Of a DNA stretch of 64,000 nucleotides, positions 1 through 13,083 are shown piece after piece. The position numbers and the translations under genes were made by a program. The stretch spans positions 26,622,560 to 26,686,559 of the forward strand of contig NC_134027.1 of the NCBI RefSeq assembly GCF_964204645.1. Reading direction: 5' to 3'. The notes beneath the pieces are model-generated. The model did not search any database. It was not told the origin of the DNA and saw only the letters and a list, made by a program, of their open reading frames with translations. The stretch is from Tubulanus polymorphus. Its lineage: Eukaryota; Animalia; Nemertea. Positions within the stretch are counted from its first letter, which is position 1. The number at the start of each line of letters is the position of its first letter.

Positions 1-685
1 ACATTTCTATCAGAAACAATGATATTTGCAAACAGAGCACTTTCCAAAATTGCCCCTACCCCTACCCCTACCCCTGCTAGGTGCAGCCCTGTTTTTATCA
101 TTCAACCACTTAATATACTTACCTTTTAACTGCTACAGGCAATAAATTGATAGTTTATCATTACTTAAGGGCCGACAACACCTACAATGATTAGGCTAAG
201 TACTATGTGTCATCCTCCCCCTGGCAGGGATCTCAACCTGATGGCATTGTTGGACTCAGCCACGGCACAAAACCCTGCCACACTAGACCGGGTGCGTGCT
301 CTGGTACATGCGTGTTAGCTATAGATAAAACTGGTATTGCCTCTTTAACAAATGTAACAAATGACTGACAGATCATGATCAGATCATCTATAGCCATTAT
401 GACAAACATAACAATGTATGTAATAAACCCACGGCATTTCACTGGAGTCAGTAAGGAAGGATACAAACCAGCAGCAATAGTTTTATTACCTGCTGCCAAT
501 GCCGCCTCTGCTGTTGTTAAATTCGAGGCATGCAATAAAAATACTTTGCCACTACTAGGATTAGAATTCACCCACTAGAGCCCAGTGACTGACAGCCGTT
601 GAGAATCACTATTTCAGTTCATTTCGGGTAATTTGCTTCTTTATAACGATGGTTTATATGTGATGATATTGTAAATGTTTTTAAG

Positions 686-3051
686 GATTGTGCTGCTGGA
701 TTGAATTTCGCCGAAGAGTCCGAGGCGTCCGCGTTCAGAGATGTCGTCATTTCAAAACTGAAAGAAAGAGAAAAACGAAAAGAAGGTAAAGTAAATGAAT
801 TCTGAGGTAGTCACAGCGATAATGGGTTGGAGTGGAAAATTTTCCAGAAATTTAAGGCAATTGGCTGCATTATAAACAGTGTCCGGGATACAAGATAAAC
901 CTAAGCAATCATGGCTCTGTGGCAAATGCAGTCCGGGGTATGTGATAATCTAGACAGTCGGGTCCCATCCAGGACGTGGGAGATACCGCAATCAGCTCGA
1001 TCACAAGCTTGCGGTCCACTAACCGTGAAATGATCATCTATCTGGTTTATATTCATAGAGCGAAGACGCACTCACGGTGCAGCGCCTCCTGCTAGTAATA
1101 ACAATCTACAAGCTCAACCAGTCACTAAACTATCCGGTTCTACGCAGAGTCTACCGTCGTACGAGTCGGACACTTTGAAACGCAAGAAAGATAAAGATAA
1201 TAAGAAGAAGAAGACTCGACTGACGAAAGAGGATATCAGTAATCCTACTGATTTCAGGTATTCATCAACATTCTACAAACTCTAACTCGGTTCATCCTTT
1301 AAAATATAACATTACTGAAGTCATCTCTATTTTTGGAGTCCCAAATTGTATTATTTCCAATTCAATATCATTTTGGACTTAAGTCATCAACATAATGATT
1401 GTCCCATATATGACGACTAAACTCAATACCTCATCTGATAAGTCGTCTCATTACTAAAGTCATTTCTACTTTTTTAGCCTCAATTCTATTTACTAAGTGT
1501 AAGTCATCAACATAATGATTGTCCCATATATGACGACTAAACTCTCTGATAAGTCATTGCATTACCTAAGTCATCTCTACTTTTTTAGCCCCAATTCTAT
1601 TTACAAAGTGTAAGTCATCAACATAATGATTGTTCGCAATATGAATGACTTATTCGAGTTTAACTGTTACATCAGCTTTGTATCATCAGTATTTGCTGGA
1701 AGTCCTGATTTCTTTGATCAAATATCCTTTCTTATTTTCCCAGGCATGTAAGTCACGTAGGATGGGACCCAGAAAAAGGCTATGACGTAAGTTATTGCTA
1801 TTTGCGGTTTTTCCAATCACTTCACTAAAAAATTTTCGAAAAAATTAAATCTCGTTCTCGTTTAATTCGACAGACGAACAACATGGATCCGAGTTTGAAG
1901 AATTTATTCGATAAGATCGGCGTTTCCGAATCGCAGCTTAAAGATAAAGAAACGTCGAAATTTATTTATGATTTCATCGAGTCGCAAGGAGGTTTAGAAG
2001 CAGTTAAAGCGGAAGTGGATAGAGCTCCTCCTCCGCGTCAACGGTCGGCTCAAAGATCACCTTCATCTGCCGGTAAATATTACAAGTGTCAATTGGGGGC
2101 AGCACCGTATAATCATGAAGGCAATGAATGCGATTAGGATGGGAAAAATATAATCAGAAGAAATCAGAAAAAAACATTTTGTTTTTGTGGGCGTTGATTT
2201 TGAGTTAGAATTGCCATGTCAGAATGTTTCTGTAAAATGTTGTAATGTGTGCTTTCTATTCATTTTACAGTTGCTCCACCACCGCCTGGTCGAGGACACG
2301 TACCCCCGCCACCCCCATCGCGTGGACCCTCCTCGGGACCTCCTCCCCCTCCTCCGACTCGTTCGGTAGGTCCTCCGCCTCCGACACGGAGCGCTAAACA
2401 TTCGAGGCCGCCTCCGCCACCTACTGCTTCCCCTGCCTTCCACAGACAGCCCGCTGCTAACGTACCCCCGCCACCCCCTCCACCACCGATATCAGCGGGT
2501 GCACCACCCCCTCCCCCACCACCACCACCCCCTCCATCGGGAGGAGGTATGCCACCCCCACCACCACCCCTTACCGGTGTACCATCAGCTGTAGCTAATC
2601 CGACTAACGGACGTTCGAATCTGTTGAGCGCAATACAACAAGGAGCTAAATTAAAACACGTAGATGAAGAGGATAAATCTGCTGGAGGAGCTGAAGGAGG
2701 ACGTGACATGTTACTGAGACAAATACAGGAGGGCAGAAAACTGAAACATGTAAGAATCAAACAACGTACGAATCAAAGTAATCTACGTAAAAAACAACGC
2801 TCATAATTGTTTACCCTTTAGGTCAAACCGGAAGACAATCCCGAACCAGCTGCGATGCCGTCTGGAGTTGGTATCGCAGGTGCTCTGCAAGATGCGCTGA
2901 ATAAAAGATTTCGACAAAGGGATTCAGGTGCGTTTTGATCTCTTCACTCTCTCCTCCTTCTCTCCCTCCTCGCTGTGTAATTGAATGTTCGTTAATTATA
3001 GATGGCAGTGATGAAGATGACGATGATTTTGATGATGAAGATTGGGATTAA
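686..3051 (+). CDS. WASL: WASP/N-WASP actin nucleation-promoting factor, 3' part (5' exons lie left of the window)
   Basis: GT-AG exons 686-785, 1059-1257, 1744-1786, 1874-2072, 2271-2749, 2822-2927 and 3002-3051 splice in frame. They give the WH1 end ([14 protein letters not shown]), basic region plus CRIB ([28 protein letters not shown]), a poly-Pro region, two WH2 motifs ([17 protein letters not shown]; [17 protein letters not shown]), a C helix ([12 protein letters not shown]) and an acidic tail DDFDDEDWD*. Confidence 0.95.
1310..1650. repeat. Imperfect ~115-120 bp tandem triplication of a dispersed intronic repeat
   Basis: aagtcatcaacataatgattgtcccatatatgacgactaaactc recurs at about 1381 and 1501, with a partial copy near 1612. 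Reverse-oriented relatives occur at about 6820-7060 and 10730-10960. Confidence 0.7.
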
Positions 3052-3109
3052 TCGACGACATTCCACTTAAATATGGCAGTAGTCAAACCGGCTTCATTCA
3101 GAGCAATCG

Positions 3110-3291
3110 GGACCAACATAATCCGGTTCATTAGAAATTCAAGTCTAAAAGTCATAATTTACACTTACCTATATCTATGTAAAGGTGGATAGTATCAATC
3201 TGGACCAACATCAGACCACCTGTTCATTAGATATTCAAGTCAAACATCATAACTTACATACACCTATATCTATGTAAAGGTGGATAGTATC
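3110..3291 (+). repeat. ~90 bp direct duplication in the WASP 3' UTR
   Basis: Two copies each start ggaccaacat and end acctatatctatgtaaaggtggatagtatc. Confidence 0.8.
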
Positions 3292-4602
3292 GCGGATCAA
3301 ACAGAATTGACTGTACTAGAAAATACGATGGAGCCTCGTTACGACGAAAATGATTTTGGGACGTCAAAAGTAATAGTTTGTCAAATTCAGTACAAAATGA
3401 TTAAAATTTCATATTTGTGACGAAATTCTGTGTTTGTAATAACAGATAAATTATAATATCCGAGATCGATGTAATGAGGTTCCACTTGCATCATGATTTA
3501 CCTAAGACCAATAGTTTTAGCAGCTTTTGGTTGTGATATTATTGCAGAAACATTAGGAATAGAATTGAACTTGTATTACATGGTGTTATACGCATTCACA
3601 ACTGAGGAAGTTAGATTGTATTTAGTGAAGTATATTTTACTGATATGTTCATTTAGATTGTTAATAATTCGTATGAGTAAAACTAATTATTAAATGTACA
3701 TAACTAGTAAATAATTGGGAAGAGGAATTTCATTCATTTTAAGAAAGCATAAGTTTTGTTTAAAATGCTGCTTGCTTGTACCAGCTAGATATATATGTAT
3801 ACATATATTCATAATATAATATTCAAATCTTAAATTATCTGATAAACTGATTAAAATTCAGTGCAAATTGTTGATAAATATATATATTACTAATGCGTTA
3901 ACAATTCATGTTTTGTGGTGTTTTTTTGTTCGGGATTTGGAGAAATCTTCTTGTTGCTCGCTGTAGATCAGGAATATTGTGATAGGATACAGCGTAGATG
4001 GTCTCACTTTGCGCGGACCCTGATATACTTTAGAATTGTTATCGATTTCCTCGATAAACTTGAAAGACTACTACGATACAATTGATAAGTTCGATCCATT
4101 CCTTATGTTTCATGGCAGCTCGATATTTCCCCATCTTTGTGTCGACTAGCGTTACTTCGATGCCTCTCACCAGAACAAAATTCAAATTTTCACAATTCAT
4201 ACTCATTAAGTTAACATATTTATTTCACAATGAATAAATCTTAAAATACAATAAACGTATGTTTATAAATATATATATAGATCTTAATAGAGAAATATAA
4301 TCTATAGAATCACAGTCAATCATAGTAAAAAACCTAATGAATAGAAATAAACATCTTCAATATAAAATCTTCATTAATGGAAAACTGGACGACAATCTGA
4401 GTTGAGTGAGTACTGCAGTATTAGAACATAGTTATTCATTCGTATATAATTAAATGAGTCGACACAACGCACAATAATGAATCTCATCTGGTCACTATTA
4501 CACAAACTCAATAGGAGAAAATCAGTAATTACTGTTCAATAATCAATCATATATCTATTCATTCAGTAATCATAGACTTTCTCTAGCTCTCCAGCCTCGC
4601 TC

Positions 4603-4845
4603 ATAGCAGGGACGTATGGTTCTCTGTTAGCAGGGAGACTGATAGCAGGGAGGTATGTCTCTCTGTTAGCAGGGAGGTATGGCTCTCTGTTAGCAGGGAG
4701 GTATGTCTCTCTGTTAGCAGGGAGGTATGTCTCTCTGTTAGCAGGGAGATTGATAGCATGGAGGTATGTCTCTCTGTTAGCAGGGAGGTATGTCTCTCTG
4801 TTAGCAGGGAGACTGATAGCAGGGAGGTATGGTTCTCTGATAGCT
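4603..4845. repeat. 24-bp-based minisatellite (ctctgttagcagggaggtatgtct) with 15-bp sub-variants
   Basis: Directly visible tandem units. They explain the spurious ORF 4563-4925 (LPANRETY repeats). Confidence 0.9.
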
Positions 4846-5069
4846 CCCTTTTCTGAATTCACATTGTTAAGAAAAGAGCATTCCGTTTTGTGAGGAACAA
4901 TGCCATTTTCCAGAATTTTTGACAAAATCGGGCCTTTGTTTTAACAGTAAGTGCCCTTTTCAGATATTAAGTGTCTTTGGTTGATTAAGGCACTCAGAAT
5001 GTCAAAGGTTTTACATTATTTCATAAGAACCCCTGAATCTGCAATAGTACAAATAATTACTTATTTCTA

Positions 5070-8000
5070 TCACGTTTTTGTTAAATTCCACATTTTTGCT
5101 CGACCGTAATTAAAGTCGCCGCTACCCATAACATCGATCCGTTGTTTATACTCGATGAGTGCTTTCTCGGTTAATGGTTCCCACGTTGTGAGGAAATGTT
5201 TATTATATTCTTCAGTCGATAAAAGCGGTTCGGAGAGACATCTATTGTTCGGCGTCGAAACTGCTGAAAATATACAACAATTAACTTGTTAAAATGTTTC
5301 CTTCCTTAATGAGAAATGAATACAAAGAAAAAGAGGAAACTAGTTATAACAAACTCAGATATTATGATTCACCAGATTTTACAACAAACTCAGGATTTCA
5401 TCCTGAGCTTTAAACTATTTAATCAGTTTCATACTGGATACAGCTATCAGTTATCTAACGAACATTTCGAGGAAATATCCCAATTACATAAGACTCCTTC
5501 TAAATAGGTTCTGTTTATCTCTGTAAACCATTAATACAGTTTTTTTTGTAAGCAAATTTTTATCCTTTAAACTACCCTGATACCTAAACTCGGTTTCTAA
5601 TTCGGTAACCGCCTAATTGAGTTTAAAAAAATCAAGGTCCAACTGTATCGATTTAAGGGTAGTTTACTGTGCAACTACAAACTGGACAAAAATTTCTAAT
5701 TGTCTATTTCTCATAATTGAAAGAGGAGTTTTGGGCTTGGTTCAAACTATATGAGTTTCAAGCACCTTTGAAAGCATGTTCTGTTTTAATGGAGTTTTTA
5801 AGGTAGGGGCACACGAGCGTATTATTTCGCCCGATCGAGGCGAATTTATCAATCGCCCGAAAAATTCACTCGTGTGGCCACTCACGACGACGACGATTTC
5901 GTCGGCCGACTCGATCGCCCGTATCAAACATTCGCCCGATTATTTTCGCCAGCGATCGGATCGCTCGCAAATTCGCTCGTCTGCCCGCATTCAGCGAATT
6001 TCGCCGAGCGATCCATTTTTATCAACCAATAGGATGCATTGTTGATATCATGTGATTCGTTAACTCTCTCCCACTTAGTGCCAGTCGCTGACCGAAATTT
6101 GGTTTGATCGCTACGTGTGCCCGCTCGTATCGGGCGTATAAATTCGTCGGCGAAATCGCTGGCGAATTTAATCGTCGCGATCGGGCGAAAAAATACGCTC
6201 GTGTGTCCCTAACTTTAATTAATGAAAGAGTGAAACAGAGATCTCTATGACTCTTTGATTCGTTAACAGTGTGTTACGAGGTTCCACTGAATTAAACATA
6301 CCTTTATTTGAATCATCACCGCAGCGAGCTGTCATCACTTTATTCAATGATTCAGTATTATCGTTATTCGCGGTGCTAACGAACTGATTTCGCGTTGTTT
6401 GCGACTCTTCGATCTCTTTACATCGTTTCCCGAAATCTCCCGTAACAACGGCCGCTTCATCGGTCATGAATCTCAACCGCGGCGCCGCGACGACCGTATT
6501 CGCGCGTTTCCGCGGCAGTACGAGCTCCTTCCAATCCTGTTCGTCCTGTTTCTGAGCGAGTATTTTCGCAGCGCTGAGTTTCGTAGTAGCTGATGAAGGC
6601 GCCGATAGTTTTTTCATACATTCAGATCGATTTTCACTCGATAATGAATTCGTTCTGCTGGTTTTTGTCGAGTTCGGTTCCCTCAACCATTTCTCATAAC
6701 TCTTCTCGCTAACCGTATCCTGAAATCATTTCAAAATAGAATTCAGCACAAACGACGATGAAGTTCTCTTGAAAGAAAGTCATTGATAGCGATCTGATAT
6801 AAATAGGGACAGATACCTAAAATGACGATTTACACTCAGTAAATTGAATTAGAAATACAAATCCGGACTCAAAAATAGTGACAACTTCAGTAATGCGGTG
6901 CCTCATGACATATAATTAGTAAATTGAATTAGATAAAAATTGGGACTCAGAAATAGAAACGACTTCAGTGATAACTCATCCAATGGTGACTTACACTTAG
7001 TAAATTGGAAATACAATTTTGGACTTGAAAATATAGAAACCGCTAACAGTATGAAGTTTTTAAAATAATGCCACTGCTTGTTATCCACATTAATAGGGAT
7101 ATATTTGAAATGAATGCCACCACTGTTCGCAGGAATCATCTGCACAAATTTCTTAACTCTTTCAGAGTGGCCACTTTTATCTTACATCCTTTTCCCTGAC
7201 TATTCCCTGACATGCACCTTGTTATCAGCTTGGAATCCAATGAATTAACTCAGCCAAATACGTAAGACATAGATGGAAGCACAGGGGTTTGGCGATGGGC
7301 TTGGATTTTATTTCCGGGTTGTTGATAATCTCGCGAGAATGGCGCTAAATATGAACTGCGAATAAATTCAAAATATCACGGAAATACCTTGTGTTTATAT
7401 AGTTTATTTTATGCGCTATAAAGTTTCGATAAACAATCGGTCGTTAAGAATCATTATCAAACGGTTGTCATGCTTTACTATATAAAATCACAAGGGATGA
7501 AACGCTGTTCAAAATTGACAACTCCAAATTTATTACAAAAAACATGGTATATGTTGCGATGGTTGACTTACAGAATGAGTTTGCCACCATGAGGGTAGAT
7601 ATCTCTCGATCGTCTCTTCACCTTGTAGATCATTCAGATTCGGGAATGGATTATTGTGATGTAGAATTTCAGCTTTGTTTTCATTATTCACGGCCGATCG
7701 ATACATCAGTTGACACTTTAGACTGTAAGATTGTACTGCCTGAGATACTGACTGATCCATTAATAAATCTATCTCCGGTACCTGTTATTGAATAAATGAA
7801 TAAATTACAATCATTTAATGACGCTCATTTCTATGACATTTGCTGCAGTTACATTATCATTTCATGTCTTATTTCTATCTTATGGAAATAAGACATGAAT
7901 TCAGGCTCGGATCCAGCCTACAATTGTTACCACTTGAGAAGATTTATTTTCCAAAAATAAAATGAAATTTTCACATCCCCACAAATGCTCAGAATGCATC

Positions 8001-11000
8001 TGGACCCCAACAATTCCCTTTTGGTCCAGTGATAATGTCTTCAAGCCGTAATCAGGATAAGAGGCTTGATTCACCACTGAAATTCAGGAAATACCTGACA
8101 AAACTAGCCGTAAAATTAGCAGATTAGATAGGTTAGAATATATGAACCTGATGCAGTTCTACATTTGAACTGATAATCAACTATTTGTATGATTGAATAT
8201 TATCTTCATTAATTGTTACATCGTTCAAATGTTTAATTGGTCACATTTTGCACGGTTTAGTTTCATTTGGCTGTAAAAATCAAAGCAACAAACACCAGCG
8301 GACTATATATACAACACACTCGAGCCAGGTTGATGCAACGTTAGTTAGAATATTCTCAATCTAATCCGTTCCAATTCAAAAGGGACCAATTTAGGTCAAT
8401 TCACGTCCGCTCTAAGCGTTCACACTCTGAATAAGTCTATGCTGTTTGGAAAAATTTTTCGAAAAATTTTTCTCTGTAAGAATAGAAACTTTGCTTTAAT
8501 TGCTGGTCAACAAGAGTTCCCTTGCATTTAAAAACATGTGTGACCGCAGTGTTGATTTGGTCCGTTATAAATTGGTCTATTAGGAACAGGTAAAATCAGA
8601 ATAGACTAGTCGCTGAAACTGCTAGTACTATTAGAAGGCTGCTCATGTAATGTGTTAACTCATTCGTGGATATCAATCAAGATCAAATGATTCAATATTA
8701 AATTAATGCAATGGAAATCCTTTCAATTGAAGTTAATAAAAAGCGCACGCCCACACACAGGCTGGTTCATCCAAAAGGGCAGCTCAATATAGAGTATACC
8801 CAGTCAAATTCAGCAGGGGTAGATCGAGGGTGGTTTCAGGGATCCAGAACCCTGCCTTATTGAGACCTCTCTTTTAGTCAAGACAAGAGATTGTTAAAAC
8901 CTGCTCGAAATATGACACTCATCCTCTCTCGAAAAATTGCATATTCTTGGATTTATTTCTTCAACATTTTTCTAAAACTGAGAATAAGACTCGGCTAGCA
9001 GCCACCACTAAGGATGGGACCCGGCTAGCAGCCACCACTAAGGATGGGCCCCGGCTAGCAGCCACCACTAAGGATGGGACCTGGCTAGCAGCCACCACTA
9101 AGGATGGGACTCGGCTAGCAGCCACCACTAAGGATGGGACCCGGCTAGCAGCCACCACTAAGGATGGGACCCGGCTAGCAGCCACCACTAAGGATGGGAC
9201 CCGGCTAGCAGCCACCACTAAGGATGGGACCCGGCTAGCAGCCACCACTAAGGATGGGACCCGGCTAGCAGCCACCACTAAGGATGGGACCCGGCTAGCA
9301 GCCACCACTAAGGATGGGACCCGGCTAGCAGCCACCACTAAGGATGGGACCCGGCTAGCAGCCACCACTAAGGATGGGACCCGGCTAGCAGCCACCACTA
9401 AGGATGGGACCCGGCTAGCAGCCACCACTAAGGATGGGCCCCGGCTAGCAGCCACCACTAAGGATGGGACCCGGCTAGCAGCCACCACTAAGGATGGGCC
9501 CCGGCTAGCAGCCACCACTAAGGATGGGACCCGGCTAGCAGCCACCACTAAGGATGGGACTCGGCTAGCAGCCACCACTAAGGATGGGACCCGGCTAGCA
9601 GCCACCAATAAGGATGGGACCCGGCTAGCAGCCACAACTAAGGATGGGACTCGGCTAGCAGCCACCACTAAGGAATGTCCTTTCTTTTCTTCTAGACCCC
9701 CGCCGTCTAATTTTCCATCCACCCCTGCAACAATCATCGGTCTATTCGCTATAACCTACATTTTGCGCTGCTCTTTTGGATTTTTCTGCGGCTGATGTTA
9801 ATTGATCTCGTGAGATTTGAATGAGAAATTTAATCAAGAGAAGCCAAGACTGCAGCATACAATACACAACTTACATCGTCTTTATCGTAGAAATTTCTCT
9901 TGACGGGAGTTTTATTTTGCTGCGCGCATTGTCGTATAAATGCACTGTAAGCTGCCTAAAATAACAGTGTATAGTTATAGAGTGTAAGTCGCCGAGAGAC
10001 GATAGGAAATATAATGGAAATGAGAGGAAAAAAAAACAACACATTTTTGTCATTCGAGAAAATCTAACTGGAAAGAAAGAAAAGCCGACTGAGAAAATAA
10101 TTTCTAAGAGAAAAGACACTGAAATAATTCATATATCACAGAACACAGTAATGATATTAGATACAAGATACAAATGGAAGAAACTAGAGATACAGCGATA
10201 GAGATACAGGGATAGAGATACAGCGATAGAGATACAGCGATAGAGATACAGCGATAGAGATACAGCGATAGAGATACAGCGATAGAGATACAGCGATAGA
10301 GATACAGCGATAGAGATACAGCGATAGAGATACAGCGATAGAGATACAGCGATAGAGATACAGCGATGGAGATACAGCGATGGAGATACAGCGATAGAGA
10401 TACAGCGATAGAGATACAGCGATAGAGATACAGCGATAGAGATACAGCGATAGAGATACAGCGATAGAGATACAGCGATAGAGATACAGCGATAGAGATA
10501 CAGCGATAGAGATACAGCGATAGAGATACAGCGATAGAGATACAGCGATAGAGATACAGCGATAGAGATACAGCGATAGAGATACAGCGATAGAGATACA
10601 GCGATAGAGATACAGCGATAGAGATACAGCGATAGAGATACAGCGATAGAGATACAGCGATAGAGATACAGTTATAGAGATACAGCGATAGAGATACATT
10701 GAAACTGCTGCTTAAGTCGTTGTAGTTGTAATGATCAATATGTTGATGACTTATTCAAATGACGACTTACATTTAGTAAATTGAATCGTAAATTTATATT
10801 TGGTCTCAAAAATAGAGACGACTTTCACTAATGTGAAAACTTATCAGATGACCGCTTTCTAACACCTAGTAAACTGAATTGGAAAAACAGTTTGGGACTC
10901 AAAAACATGAGATGATGACTTCATTAATGTGACGACTTATCCAAATAAAGACTTAACCTAAGATTGACTAAAGGTCTAAAAGATGTTCTAAGAATTTTGT

Positions 11001-12521
11001 TGATGATTTTCCGTCGCCTGATTCGGTTTCATGACAGATAATACCGTAATCGTGAATACGATTCCGTCGAACGTGAATCAATCGAAGAATCGTTGAACTA
11101 CGTCACACAACAATTCATCATTCTATAATCACTGTATCGTATCGAGTAACCATGGTAATAGATATATATATGTATATATATATATATAGATACCTTTAAT
11201 TCCTGTTGAATTGCGCGATCTCGTCGTAACAGCCTATAAGTGGAATCTTTACGCAATTTCGTCCACAATTCATCAGCAGTCATTCCATCTATAACATAAA
11301 GAGTGTTAGAGATACTATTAATACCGGTGCATTGAATAGAAAACTCACTTTATATAGAGGTGACGCAACTGATATCACAGTCATATGTGTCATATTGGGA
11401 CCAGGGACCAGGGTCCAGTTACACGGAGTTCAGATTTGACCCTGAGTTAACTCATTGAAAATTAACTAATTTTAACTCACAGATAACTCTAACAACTCAC
11501 AATAGTGGTTCCAGTAGATTTGACTCAGAGTTAACTCATTGAAAATTAACTACTTTTAACTCAGAGATAATTCTAACTCACAACTGTGGAACTGGGTTCT
11601 GTTGTTTCAATAGTTGATTAAAGTCAACCGTCGGATCAGCACCGTGGTATGTCAACTATCCACTGGTTAACTTTAACCAACTTTTGAGCAACTGCAGCCA
11701 CTGAACATGTATTCAAAAAGAAACACGTGGTCAATAGCGTTATCCAGTTTTCCCAGATTTTTCCATGTTTATATAACACAATATTCCCTGAGAAATCTGT
11801 GACAGGAGAAAATTCTTGGCCAGAAATCTTACAAATCATTCATTTTTCACAAATCGCAAATAGTTGAAGAAATGCATGGTTAATAGTGTATCCTAATTTC
11901 CTCGAGATTTTGAGTTTCTTTATGCAAAATTTGTCAAATTCCCTGATATTTTTCTGGCCACCCTGTTTAACATACCACACTATAGATATTCATCGACCGA
12001 AGTTCAAGCGTTCAGTTTCGATTCAATGCAATAATTCTATATCGAGAACCGAATTCAGCGAGTAATTGACGATGGAGTTGTTAGTTTTTTTCTAGTTAAT
12101 GCATAAAACTAATAAATCCTGCACCTAGACACAAAACACTATTATTGTGACTTATCAATGTAAATATTACGTAACTGTGAATAATAATTATTCATTCGTC
12201 TCTCGTACCTAGCTTAATGTTATTATGTCGTTTTGGCTTCACAAATTGATTCATAATTTCCTGGTCGATTTTTGGATGAAGGAAGTCGTTCGCCTGCTCT
12301 CCGTACAATCGGTACAGTTGTATGTGGTGCCATGGTAACTCTTCCAGCATCTCGTCGCTGATCTCAAAATTCGAACTTCGTCGATTTCGTCGAGTTTCCG
12401 GTTCGTCCTGATTTTCGGATTCGAGATTTTCTAAAACCGGCGAGAAACGACTGTCGGCCATGATTGAATCGACGTTGCCGCGGTTATGAGGTTTCGATAA
12501 TTTCTCCGATCGTTGGTCCAT
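5070..12521 (-). CDS. TSGA13 (testis-specific gene 13)-like protein, about 435 aa
   Basis: Minus-strand exons 12521-12209, 11288-11194, 9955-9875, 7781-7572, 6719-6302 and 5260-5070 splice in frame with GT-AG sites. Motifs occur in the same order as my recollection of vertebrate TSGA13: VLENL, HP, ILHHNNPFP, LRFMTD and C-terminal WEPLTEKALIEY...GSGDFNYGRAKMW (cf. EPLTLASLLE...GESAFRNGRAPQW). Confidence 0.7.
5802..6214. mobile_element. MITE with TTAA target-site duplication (Kolobok/T2-like)
   Basis: TTAA at 5798-5801 and 6215-6218. Imperfect ~35-bp TIRs (ggtaggggcacacgagcgtattatttcgcccgatcg / cgatcgggcgaaaaaatacgctcgtgtgtccctaact) with internal tcgcc/ggcga repeats. Confidence 0.85.
8991..9674. 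repeat. 30-bp minisatellite, about 23 near-identical copies (ccggctagcagccaccactaaggatgggac)
   Basis: Directly visible with no unique spacers. It produces the artefactual ORFs 8947-9795 and 8961-9737. Confidence 0.97.
10186..10697. repeat. 14-bp minisatellite (gatacagcgataga), about 36 copies
   Basis: Directly visible; explains ORF 10184-10699. Confidence 0.97.
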
Positions 12522-13006
12522 TATTTTTTCAATGTGAAATTCGACTTTAATTGAATAGAAACAGTTTCTGAAAATACAGAAATGAATAAATAGTTTAAAG
12601 CCGCATTCAGATTATCTAGAAGGGTCTAAATATGGTCCATTCCAATTTAGAACGGACCAAAAGCGTTCGCACTAGCAAAAAGTCAGTTCCGAAATTGCCC
12701 AGTTCCATTTTAGACCTCGATCAATTTTAACCGTCCAAAAAGGAAATTGATGTATCTCAAGCAATATACATTGTACTTTGGCATTTAACAACAATATTTG
12801 CATTATTTGAACACAGATCCAACTGAAATGTTACAACATATCAGTATTTTTTTCTTCGAGCATTTCTAAATTTTGGAACGGACTAAATTTGTATGTTTGA
12901 ACAGAAACTGGTTCCAGTTACTGAAAATACACGATGAATCAACAGTTTAAAGCGCGGGCGAATTGTGAATTAGGGCCTGCACAAAAACGCAAACGAAATC
13001 ATTAGG

Positions 13007-13009
<3 letters not shown>

Positions 13010-13082
<73 letters not shown>
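13010..13082. repeat. (GA)n microsatellite
   Basis: Directly visible. Confidence 0.95.

Positions 13083-13083
<1 letters not shown>

Noticed and set aside
171-600. ORFs 233-571 and 375-578
   Set aside because: No recognisable protein motifs. The region lies in a WASP intron and is more likely a decayed interspersed repeat that I cannot classify.
803-811. tgaggtagt, let-7-like 5' end
   Set aside because: Only 9 nt match, the remainder diverges, and no precursor hairpin is evident.
1722-1730. ATATCCTTT, AT-AC U12 donor-like motif
   Set aside because: It lies in the polypyrimidine tract of a normal GT-AG WASP intron and no exon ends there.
2260-2760. Gly-rich minus-strand ORF
   Set aside because: Antisense shadow of the WASP poly-Pro exon.
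5776-6045. ORFs within 5.8-6.2 kb
   Set aside because: They fall inside a non-autonomous MITE and have no transposase motifs.
8947-9795. 282-aa and 258-aa repeat ORFs; CRISPR-like appearance
   Set aside because: Pure 30-bp tandem repeat with no unique spacers and no cas genes. The ORFs are open only because the unit length is a multiple of 3, and the array lies in an intron.
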